NCBI GenBank assembly: GCA_963696675.1
Contig: CAVOLM010000030.1
Span: forward strand, 2,675 to 66,674
Reading direction: 5' to 3'
Source: an uncultured Gammaproteobacteria bacterium
Lineage (GTDB): Bacteria > Pseudomonadota > Gammaproteobacteria > Steroidobacterales > Steroidobacteraceae
Length of the DNA: 64,000 bases
Below the pieces are notes generated by a model. That model worked only from the letters and a program-made list of their open reading frames with translations. It did not search any database and was not told the origin of the DNA. Positions 56,943 to 64,000 of the stretch are shown here, one piece after another. The stretch's first letter is position 1. Each line of letters begins with the position of its first letter. The position numbers were made by a program, and so were the translations under genes.

Positions 56943-58850
56943 TTGAACGACCTGACGAAGAACATCCTGCTCTGGGTCATCATCGCCGTCGTACTGCTGA
57001 CGGTGTTCAGCAACTTCAGCCCGCGTTCGGGCGAGAGCCGTGAGATGGCCTACTCCACGTTCCTGCAGGAGGTCAAGGCCAAGAACGTCGACTCCGCGGT
57101 GATCAAGGGCGAGATCATCGAAGGGACGAAGCGCGATGGAACACAGTTCCGCGTCTACAACCCCGAGACCGACAACAACGCGCTGATCGGGCTGCTCGAC
57201 CGTGAAGGCGTGAATTTCCGTGGTGCGCCGCCCGACAAGCCGAATTTCCTGCTGCAGCTGTTCCTGTCCTCCTTCCCGGTACTGTTGCTGGTCGCGATCT
57301 TCATCTACTTCATGCGCCAGATGCAGGGCGCGGCGGGTGGCCGCGGCGCCATGTCCTTTGGCAAGAGCCGCGCGCGCTTGCTTGGCGAGGACCAGGTGTC
57401 GGTGACCTTCGCCGACGTCGCCGGTGTCGAGGAGGCGAAGGAAGAGGTCGTTGAGATCGTCGACTTCCTGAAGGACCCCGGCAAGTTCCAGAAGCTCGGT
57501 GGCAAGATTCCGAAGGGCGTTCTCATGGTGGGTGCGCCGGGCACCGGCAAGACCCTGCTGGCCCGCGCGATTGCCGGCGAGGCCAAGGTGCCTTTCTTCA
57601 CGATCTCGGGCTCCGACTTCGTGGAAATGTTCGTGGGCGTCGGCGCTTCGCGCGTGCGCGACATGTTCGAGCAGGCCAAGAAGCACGCTCCTTGTATTAT
57701 TTTCATCGACGAGATCGATGCCGTCGGCCGGCACCGCGGTGCGGGCCTGGGTGGCGGCCACGACGAGCGCGAGCAGACGCTCAATCAGTTGCTGGTCGAG
57801 ATGGATGGCTTCGAAGGCAACGAAGGCATCATCGTCATCGCGGCCACCAACCGGCCCGATGTGCTGGACCCCGCTCTGTTGCGTCCCGGCCGTTTCGATC
57901 GCCAGGTCGTCGTGCCGTTGCCGGACGTGCGCGGCCGTGAGCAGATCCTCAAGGTTCACATGCGACGCGTGCCGCTCGCCGATGACGTCAGGCCTTCGAT
58001 CATTGCGCGCGGCACACCCGGATTCTCCGGTGCGGATCTTGCGAACCTGGTGAACGAAGCTGCGCTCTTCGCTGCGCGCGCCAATCGGCGCCTGGTATCG
58101 ATGGAAGAGTTCGAGCGCGCGAAGGACAAGATCATGATGGGCGCGGAGCGGCGCTCGATGGTCATGAGCGAGGAGGAGAAGCGCATGACCGCCTACCACG
58201 AGGCCGGCCATGCCATCGTGGGCCTGAGCGTCCCGGAGCACGATCCGGTGTACAAGGTCACTATCATCCCGCGCGGCCGGGCGCTCGGCGTGACGATGTT
58301 CCTGCCGGAAGGCGATCGTTACAGCACCAGCAAGCGCCGGCTCGAGAGCCGCATCGCGACACTGTTCGGCGGGCGCATCGCCGAAGAGCTGATTTTCGGC
58401 GCGGAATCGGTCACCACCGGCGCGGCGAACGACATCGAGCGTGCCACGGAACTCGCGCGCAACATGGTTACGAAGTGGGGTCTTTCCGATCGTCTCGGAC
58501 CGCTGACGTACACCGAGGAAAGCGGTGAGGTGTTCCTGGGCCGCAGTGTCACCCAGCACAAGCAGGTGTCGGATGTGACCGCGCACGCGATCGATGAGGA
58601 AGTGCGCCGCGTGATCGACGACAATTTCCAGCGCGCCAAGGGGATCCTGACCTCGCGCCTTGAAACACTGCACTCGATGGCGGAAGCGTTGATCAAGTAC
58701 GAAACCGTCGATGAAGAGCAGCTCAAGGACATCATGGCCGGCCGCACGCCGAAGCCGCCCAAGGACTGGGACGATTCGACGCCGGTGCCGACCAGCAAGC
58801 CGCAGGACAAGCCTGCTCCGGCGATCGGTCCCGCCGCGGGTCAGCACTGA
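56943..58850 (+). CDS. ftsH: ATP-dependent zinc metalloprotease FtsH
   Basis: Two N-terminal TM helices, [35 protein letters not shown] motif ..[19 protein letters not shown] and HEAGHAIV. Confidence 0.95.
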   Translation: MNDLTKNILLWVIIAVVLLTVFSNFSPRSGESREMAYSTFLQEVKAKNVDSAVIKGEIIEGTKRDGTQFRVYNPETDNNALIGLLDREGVNFRGAPPDKPNFLLQLFLSSFPVLLLVAIFIYFMRQMQGAAGGRGAMSFGKSRARLLGEDQVSVTFADVAGVEEAKEEVVEIVDFLKDPGKFQKLGGKIPKGVLMVGAPGTGKTLLARAIAGEAKVPFFTISGSDFVEMFVGVGASRVRDMFEQAKKHAPCIIFIDEIDAVGRHRGAGLGGGHDEREQTLNQLLVEMDGFEGNEGIIVIAATNRPDVLDPALLRPGRFDRQVVVPLPDVRGREQILKVHMRRVPLADDVRPSIIARGTPGFSGADLANLVNEAALFAARANRRLVSMEEFERAKDKIMMGAERRSMVMSEEEKRMTAYHEAGHAIVGLSVPEHDPVYKVTIIPRGRALGVTMFLPEGDRYSTSKRRLESRIATLFGGRIAEELIFGAESVTTGAANDIERATELARNMVTKWGLSDRLGPLTYTEESGEVFLGRSVTQHKQVSDVTAHAIDEEVRRVIDDNFQRAKGILTSRLETLHSMAEALIKYETVDEEQLKDIMAGRTPKPPKDWDDSTPVPTSKPQDKPAPAIGPAAGQH

Positions 58851-58856
58851 GATCGG

Positions 58857-59021
58857 CCTGGTCTGCGTGTGGTCTGGGGCTGGCTCTCAGCGCCCCGACA
58901 CGAACGAGACATCATCGGCTGCCCCACGCGACATCTTTCGCGCTGCACTTCAACGTGTCATCGGCATAATCAAGCAAGAACGGGGGCACTGAGAGCCAGC
59001 CCCAGACACACGCAGACCAGG
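58857..59021. repeat. Hairpin module 1: ~34-nt terminal inverted repeats enclosing ~98 nt
   Basis: cctggtctgcgtgtggtctggggctggctctcag (58857-58890) against ctgagagccagccccagacacacgcagaccagg (58989-59021); 33 of 34 positions with one indel. Confidence 0.9.
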
Positions 59022-59028
59022 CAAAGAG

Positions 59029-59042
59029 GCGCAAGCTTGCGC
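59029..59042. repeat. Perfect 14-nt palindrome between the two modules
   Basis: GCGCAAGCTTGCGC, flanked by partly complementary aaagag / tctttc and followed by a T-rich stretch. It is possibly the ftsH terminator. Confidence 0.6.
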
Positions 59043-59055
59043 GCGGTCTTTCTTG

Positions 59056-59211
59056 GCTCTCGTTCTGGTCGGGTGTTCGTCCCCTGAGCCCGTTCTTGCT
59101 TGATTTTGCCGATGGTACGATGCCGTACAGCGCGAACGATGAGCCTTCTGTTTCACGGGATGTCTCGTTCGTGTCGGCTGAGGGGACGAACACCCGACCA
59201 GAAGCGAGAGC
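59056..59211. repeat. Hairpin module 2: ~35-nt terminal inverted repeats enclosing ~85 nt that is the inverted homologue of the module 1 interior
   Basis: gctctcgttctggtcgggtgttcgtcccctgagcc (59056-59090) against ggctgaggggacgaacacccgaccagaagcgagagc (59176-59211). The interior ends 59089-59114 and 59159-59176 are reverse complements of 58959-58984 and 58896-58913. Confidence 0.9.
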
Positions 59212-59293
59212 TTCTAACGAGACGTGCGGCGCGTGCTCCACGTTCTAGCTGAGCATCTCATGCATCTGACTCTGCGGCGACAAGACTCTCGAT

Positions 59294-60097
59294 TTGAGCC
59301 GCCCGTGCGTGATGGGCGTCCTCAACGTCACGCCCGATTCATTCTCTGACGGCGGGCGATTCCACGACATCGGGCAGGCGCTCGCGCACGCCCATCGGAT
59401 GATCGATGAAGGTGCTGCCATCATCGACATTGGCGGCGAGTCCACGCGCCCCGGCTCGAATCCGGTCGACGTCGACGAAGAACTGCGCCGCGTGCTGCCA
59501 CTGGTCCGGTCGCTGGCCCCCAAGGTGAGCGTGCCGATTTCCGTCGACACGACCAAACCGCAAGTGATGCAGGCGGTCATCGATGCGGGCGCGGGAATGA
59601 TCAATGACATCCTGGCCCTGCGAACGCGCGGAGCGCTGGAAGTGGTCGCGGACTCCAGGGTGGCCGCTTGCCTGATGCACATGCAGGGCGAGCCGCGCAC
59701 CATGCAGGTCGAGCCGCACTACGAGGACGTGGTGCGAGAGGTTCACGAGTTCCTGCGTCAGCGCCGCGATGCCTGCGAGGCTGCGGGAATCGGTCGCGAC
59801 CGGCTCGTCATCGACCCTGGTTTCGGCTTTGGAAAAGGCGTGGCGCACAACCTCAGCCTGCTCTCAAACTTTGACCGATTTCTCGATCTGGGCGTCCCGG
59901 TGCTGGCGGGGCTGTCGCGCAAGTCCATGATAGGCACAATTACGGGCCGACCGGTCGATCAGCGTCTGCATGGCAGCATCGCACTCGCGACGATTGCAAT
60001 CCTCAAGGGTGCGCGCATCATTCGCGCGCATGACGTTGCACCGGCGGTGGACGCCGTCAAGATCGCCACCGCGGTGATCGGGGGAGGAGCGCAGTGA
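59294..60097 (+). CDS. folP: Dihydropteroate synthase; 5' end uncertain
   Basis: VMGVLNVTPDSFSDGG..IIDIGGESTRPG..ISVDT..INDI..DPGFGFGK..SRKS. FolP-like sequence (LCGDKTLDLSRPCVMG) is already in frame from 59270. The only nearby ATG (59260) is out of frame. Confidence 0.9.
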   Translation: MSRPCVMGVLNVTPDSFSDGGRFHDIGQALAHAHRMIDEGAAIIDIGGESTRPGSNPVDVDEELRRVLPLVRSLAPKVSVPISVDTTKPQVMQAVIDAGAGMINDILALRTRGALEVVADSRVAACLMHMQGEPRTMQVEPHYEDVVREVHEFLRQRRDACEAAGIGRDRLVIDPGFGFGKGVAHNLSLLSNFDRFLDLGVPVLAGLSRKSMIGTITGRPVDQRLHGSIALATIAILKGARIIRAHDVAPAVDAVKIATAVIGGGAQ

Positions 60098-61431
60098 GCC
60101 GAAGATTCTTTGGAACCGATGGAGTACGTGGCCAGGTGGGCCGGGATCCCATGACGGTGGATTTCGCGTTGCGCCTCGCGAGCGGCGCGGCACGCGTGCT
60201 CGCGCCGGAGGGCGGCACCGTGCTCATCGGCAAGGACACGCGGCTTTCGGGTTACATGTTCGAGGCGGCGCTCGAGGCGGGATTCGTGGCGGCGGGCGTC
60301 GATGTCATGCTGATCGGGCCGCTGCCGACGCCGGGCATCGCCTACATGACGCAGCGCTTCGAGTGTGATTTTGGCGTGGTGATCAGCGCCTCACACAACC
60401 CCTATGATGACAACGGCATCAAGTTCTTCGATTCCAGCGGCGCGAAGCTGAGCGATGAGCTCGAGGCGCGCATCGAGGAATCGCTCCAGCAGCCGGCATT
60501 CACGCGCGAATCGAGGGCTCTTGGACGTGCCACCCGCGTCGACAGGTCACGCACTCACTATCAGGAGTTCTGTGCCGCATCGCTTCCTGCGGGCATGGAT
60601 CTCGCCGGTTTCAAGATCGTCATCGATTGCGCGAACGGTGCCGCATACAAGGTCGCGCCGCGGGTGCTGGCCGATCTGGGCGCGGAAATCGTCCCCATCG
60701 GTTGCTCGCCGAACGGGCGCAACATCAATGATGGCTGCGGTTCACTGGCGCCCGAGCTTCTGCAGCTCACGGTGCCAGGTGTGCGCGCCAACGCGGGCAT
60801 CGCCCTCGATGGCGATGGCGATCGGCTGGTCATGGTCGATGAGCTCGGCCGCATCGTCGATGGCGATCAGCTCCTCTACATCATTGCGCGGGCGCGAGCG
60901 GAATCGCGCGCGCTGCGCGGGCCGGTCGTCGGCACGGTGATGAGCAACCTCGGCCTGGAGGTCGGTCTGCGCGAGCTCGGCATCGAGTTCCGGCGCGCGC
61001 CGGTCGGGGACCGCTATGTCCTTGGCCTGCTGCGCGAGACCGGCGGCACTCTCGGCGGCGAGACCTCAGGCCACCTGTTGTGCCTGGACAAGACCACGAC
61101 CGGTGACGGATTGATCAGCGCATTGCAGGTTCTCGCCATCATGAAACAGACCCGGCAGAGCCTGGCCGAACTGGCGGCGGGAATGCCGCGCTTTCCGCAG
61201 GTGCTGCTCAACGTCAAGGTCAAGGACCGCTTCGACCCGGGAGCGAACGCCGTGGTCCGGGAAGCCGTGCGCGCGATTGAAGCGGAACTCAAGCAGGACG
61301 GCCGCGTGGTGCTGCGCGCCTCGGGGACCGAGCCGGTGATCCGGGTGATGCTCGAAGGCCGCGATGAGAATGTGATTCGCTTGCATGCCGAGCGCCTCGC
61401 CCAGATCGTCCGTAACGCCGCTGCAGCCTGA
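60094..61431 (+). CDS. glmM: Phosphoglucosamine mutase
   Basis: RFFGTDGVRG..ISASHNPYDDNGIKFF (active-site Ser)..ALDGDGDR..GGETSGH. Confidence 0.95.
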   Translation: MSRRFFGTDGVRGQVGRDPMTVDFALRLASGAARVLAPEGGTVLIGKDTRLSGYMFEAALEAGFVAAGVDVMLIGPLPTPGIAYMTQRFECDFGVVISASHNPYDDNGIKFFDSSGAKLSDELEARIEESLQQPAFTRESRALGRATRVDRSRTHYQEFCAASLPAGMDLAGFKIVIDCANGAAYKVAPRVLADLGAEIVPIGCSPNGRNINDGCGSLAPELLQLTVPGVRANAGIALDGDGDRLVMVDELGRIVDGDQLLYIIARARAESRALRGPVVGTVMSNLGLEVGLRELGIEFRRAPVGDRYVLGLLRETGGTLGGETSGHLLCLDKTTTGDGLISALQVLAIMKQTRQSLAELAAGMPRFPQVLLNVKVKDRFDPGANAVVREAVRAIEAELKQDGRVVLRASGTEPVIRVMLEGRDENVIRLHAERLAQIVRNAAAA

Positions 61432-61520
61432 CGTTGCTTTCAGGGTAGACGCCGCTTAATATCGCGCGCCTTTTCAGGGGCGCCGCCTGGCCTCCCTTGC
61501 ACTGATTCCGGAGACTTGTG

Positions 61521-62270
61521 ATGCGTCGGCCACTGGTTGCGGGCAACTGGAAAATGCACGGCTCGCGAGCCGAAACGGCCCAGCTCCTCGATGAGCTGAT
61601 CCAGCAGCAGAGTAATGCGCTGGCGGCGGAAGTGGCCGTTTGTCCCCCGTTCGTCTACCTGCCGGATGCGGCGCGCCGTCTCAAGGAAAGCAATATCGCG
61701 CTGGGTGGCCAGAACGTCAGCGCTGAGCCGGTCGGCGCGTTCACGGGCGAGGTGTCGGCGGCCATGCTCAAGGACGTCGGCTGCCGTTTCGTGATCGTGG
61801 GACATTCGGAACGGCGTGCGCTGTTTCACGAGGATGACAAGCTGGTGGCGCGCAAATTCATGGCGGTGCAGAGCCAGAAGCTGACGCCGATCCTGTGCGT
61901 CGGTGAGACGCTGGAGCAGCGCGAGCGGGGCGAAACCGAGACCGTCGTCGCGCGCCAGCTCGACGCGGTGGTGGCGGTGGCGGGCATCGCTGCTTTCGCG
62001 GCTGCGGTGATCGCATATGAACCAGTGTGGGCGATCGGCACCGGCAAGAACGCGACGCCTGATCAGGCGCAGGCGGTGCACGCGTTCATCCGTGGGAGGA
62101 TCGCGGCACGGGATGCTAAAATCGCCGCCGACCTGCGCATCCTTTACGGTGGCAGCGTCAAGGCAGCCAACGCGGCGGAACTGTTCGAGATGCCGGACGT
62201 CGACGGCGGTCTGGTCGGCGGCGCGTCCCTGCGGGGCGACGAGTTCGGCAAGATCTGCGCGGCCGCCTGA
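61521..62270 (+). CDS. tpiA: Triosephosphate isomerase
   Basis: LVAGNWKMHG..VIVGHSERR..AYEPVWAIGTG..YGGSV. Confidence 0.95.
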   Translation: MRRPLVAGNWKMHGSRAETAQLLDELIQQQSNALAAEVAVCPPFVYLPDAARRLKESNIALGGQNVSAEPVGAFTGEVSAAMLKDVGCRFVIVGHSERRALFHEDDKLVARKFMAVQSQKLTPILCVGETLEQRERGETETVVARQLDAVVAVAGIAAFAAAVIAYEPVWAIGTGKNATPDQAQAVHAFIRGRIAARDAKIAADLRILYGGSVKAANAAELFEMPDVDGGLVGGASLRGDEFGKICAAA

Positions 62271-62318
62271 GGGGCCGCAAAGCTAGGGTGTCAAGGGTTG
62301 AGGCAAGCATGTGGTCAC

Positions 62319-62697
62319 ATGGTCATTCTGGTGATACACGTCTTTCTGGCAGTAGCCATCATCGGGCTGGTGCTGCTGCAGAGGGGCAAGGGCGCGGATG
62401 CTGGAGCCGGGTTCGGTTCGGGCGCGTCCGGAACGGTTTTCGGCGCACGCGGCTCTGCTACCGCGCTTTCGAAAGCGACAGCAGTGCTCGCGACACTGTT
62501 TTTTGTGACGAGCCTCGCGCTCGCTTTCCTCGGCGGCAAGCGCGCGTCGAGCAGCCCAAGAGCCTGCTGGAGCGTGCCGGGACGACACAGCAGGCGCCGG
62601 CCGCGGAAGTGCCCGCACCTCCGGCGACGACGGCTCCCGCGCCGACTGAAGCACCGGCGACGCAGGACAGCACCAGACGCCGCCTGCGCAGCCGTAA
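62319..62697 (+). CDS. secG: Preprotein translocase subunit SecG; one or two frame breaks (about 62545, possibly 62660); 3' end approximate
   Basis: MVILVIHVFLAVAIIGLVLLQRGKGADAGAGFGSGASGTVFGARGSATALSKATAVLATLFFVTSLALAFL, followed by an Ala/Pro-rich tail in another frame. It lies in the usual position before tRNA-Leu. Confidence 0.8.
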
Positions 62698-62715
62698 CGC
62701 GTGCCCTGATTCTGT

Positions 62716-62800
62716 GCGGATGTGGTGGAATTGGTAGACACACTAGCTTGAGGGGCTAGCGGCGCAAGCCGTGTCGGTTCGAGTCCGACCATCCGCACCA
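62716..62800 (+). tRNA. tRNA-Leu (anticodon GAG)
   Basis: Acceptor GCGGATG pairs with CATCCGC. The anticodon arm is CTAGC-TTGAGGG-GCTAG. It has a long variable arm, T-arm GTCGG-TTCGAGT-CCGAC and an encoded CCA. Confidence 0.95.
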
Positions 62801-62870
62801 TCCAGATGATCCTGACCGCCGGGCGCTGCAATCCGCCCGCGGTTTGATGGCTTTTTTGCGCCCGCGCGCC

Positions 62871-62879
62871 TGTTACAAT
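62871..62879 (+). promoter_or_regulatory. Candidate extended -10 promoter for the nuo operon
   Basis: TGtTACAAT lies 40 nt before the nuoA ATG. No convincing -35 element. Confidence 0.35.
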
Positions 62880-62918
62880 GCGCGCCGGTTTTTCAAGACC
62901 TTGGCGCAAATCCCGCCG

Positions 62919-63275
62919 ATGTTGCACGAATACCTGCCTATCCTGATTTTTCTCATCGTCGGCGGCGGCCTGGGCGTCGTGATGCTGGTGCTGGGGTTCC
63001 TTTTTGGCACGCGCCGGCCGGACCCTGAAAAGCTTTCACCGTACGAATGCGGTTTCGAGGCCTTCGAAGACTCGCGCATGAAATTCGACGTGCGTTATTA
63101 CCTGGTCGCGATCCTGTTCATCATTTTCGACCTGGAGATCGCGTTCCTGTTTCCCTGGGCCGTCTCCCTTTCGGCCATCGGCGCGTTCGGCCTGATCGCG
63201 ATGGCGCTGTTCCTCGCGGTGCTGATCGTCGGCTTCATCTACGAGTGGAAAAAGGGAGCGCTGGAATGGGATTGA
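62919..63275 (+). CDS. nuoA: NADH-quinone oxidoreductase subunit A
   Basis: [40 protein letters not shown]. The ATG at 62919 lies within the longer ORF. Confidence 0.95.
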   Translation: MLHEYLPILIFLIVGGGLGVVMLVLGFLFGTRRPDPEKLSPYECGFEAFEDSRMKFDVRYYLVAILFIIFDLEIAFLFPWAVSLSAIGAFGLIAMALFLAVLIVGFIYEWKKGALEWD

Positions 63276-63760
63276 CCGCCGAAGCCGCCGGCGCGCCACC
63301 GGTCGAGAGAGGTTTCCTGACCACCGGCCTCGACTCGCTCATCAACTGGGCGCGCACCGGCTCGATGTGGCCGATGACCTTCGGACTCGCGTGCTGCGCG
63401 GTCGAGATGATGCATGCCGGTGCCGCGCGCTATGACCTCGACCGGTTCGGTGTCATTTTCCGCGCGAGTCCGCGCCAATCCGACGTCATGATCGTCGCCG
63501 GGACGCTGGTCAACAAGATGGCGCCGGCGCTGCGCAAGGTGTACGACCAGATGTCCGAGCCCCGCTGGGTGATCTCGATGGGTTCGTGCGCCAATGGCGG
63601 GGGCTACTATCATTATTCCTATGCGGTCGTGCGCGGCTGCGACCGCATCGTTCCCGTTGATGTTTACGTGCCCGGCTGTCCACCGACCGCCGAGGCGCTG
63701 TTGTACGGCGTGATCCAGCTGCAGAAGAAGATCCGCCGCACCAATACGATCGCCCGGTAG
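63266..63760 (+). CDS. nuoB: NADH-quinone oxidoreductase subunit B
   Basis: [54 protein letters not shown] (N2 cluster cysteines). Confidence 0.95.
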   Translation: MGLTAEAAGAPPVERGFLTTGLDSLINWARTGSMWPMTFGLACCAVEMMHAGAARYDLDRFGVIFRASPRQSDVMIVAGTLVNKMAPALRKVYDQMSEPRWVISMGSCANGGGYYHYSYAVVRGCDRIVPVDVYVPGCPPTAEALLYGVIQLQKKIRRTNTIAR

Positions 63761-63769
63761 CAGATCAAT

Positions 63770-64000
63770 ATGAGTGAACGCCTCGAGGCTCTCGCCGCCC
63801 GCCTTGACGCGCGCCTGAACGGTCGCGCGCAGCGCATGTCGTCGAACCCTCGCGAGATCACGATCGAGGTGGATGCTCCGGATCTGCTGGAAGTCGCCGG
63901 GCTACTGCGCGATGACCCGGAACTCAAGTTCGAGATGCTCATGGACGTGTGCGGCGTCGACTACCTCGAATACGGCCGCGATCAATGGAAGACGGTCGAT
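63770..64000 (+). CDS. nuoC: NADH-quinone oxidoreductase subunit C (5' part, runs off the window)
   Basis: MSERLEALAARLDARL..EITIEVDAPDLLEVAGLLRDDPELKFEMLMDVCGVDYLEYG. Confidence 0.9.
   Translation, partial: MSERLEALAARLDARLNGRAQRMSSNPREITIEVDAPDLLEVAGLLRDDPELKFEMLMDVCGVDYLEYGRDQWKTVD

Noticed and set aside
58857-59211. The nested inverted repeats as a retron msr/msd, an inverton or a CRISPR-like element
   Set aside because: No reverse transcriptase, invertase/recombinase or cas gene is present in the window. I could not find a convincing promoter inside either module, and the repeats are inverted, not direct.
62815-62860. Rho-independent terminator after tRNA-Leu
   Set aside because: The stem accgccgggcg / cgcccgcggt has a bulge, and the T-run (cttttttg) begins about 8 nt after the stem and not directly at its base. 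It is too irregular to call.

Overview
From about 5.0 kb to 64 kb this is ordinary core chromosome of a GC-rich gammaproteobacterium. The gene order looks Xanthomonadales/Nevskiales-like, which is an inference from synteny only. It runs bcp-gcvR | dapA, tRNA-Ser, SRP RNA, dnaX-ybaB-recR, rsgA, orn, ppsA | ppsR. Next come an MdtABC-like MFP plus two RND pumps, prc, an M28 peptidase and a quinol-type NO reductase. It continues with ssrA-smpB | ratA-rnfH, bamE | fur, recN-nadK | hrcA-grpE-dnaK-dnaJ-dapB-carAB-greA-rlmE-ftsH-folP-glmM-tpiA-secG, tRNA-Leu and nuoABC. RNA genes missing from the ORF track are tmRNA (tag ANDDNYALAA), a 4.5S/SRP RNA, tRNA-Ser(GGA) and tRNA-Leu(GAG). I found no defence island, secretion system, prophage, CRISPR array or biosynthetic cluster. 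Four things remain unexplained. (1) The left 5 kb is a three-part patchwork. It holds a visibly more GC-rich Opp/Dpp-type transporter block riddled with frame changes, then a ~0.9 kb ntrY'-'ntrX fragment. That fragment is fused in frame onto a truncated bepA, with a duplicated 28-nt motif at one junction. (2) The ~440-nt ftsH-folP spacer consists almost entirely of interleaved long inverted repeats. (3) A relic of a Crp/Fnr-family regulator and an FNR-type box lie upstream of qNOR. (4) About 20 single-base frame breaks occur in otherwise intact housekeeping genes such as dnaK, carB, ppsA, recN and secG. These look like sequence errors rather than gene decay. All coordinates of frameshifted genes are approximate.
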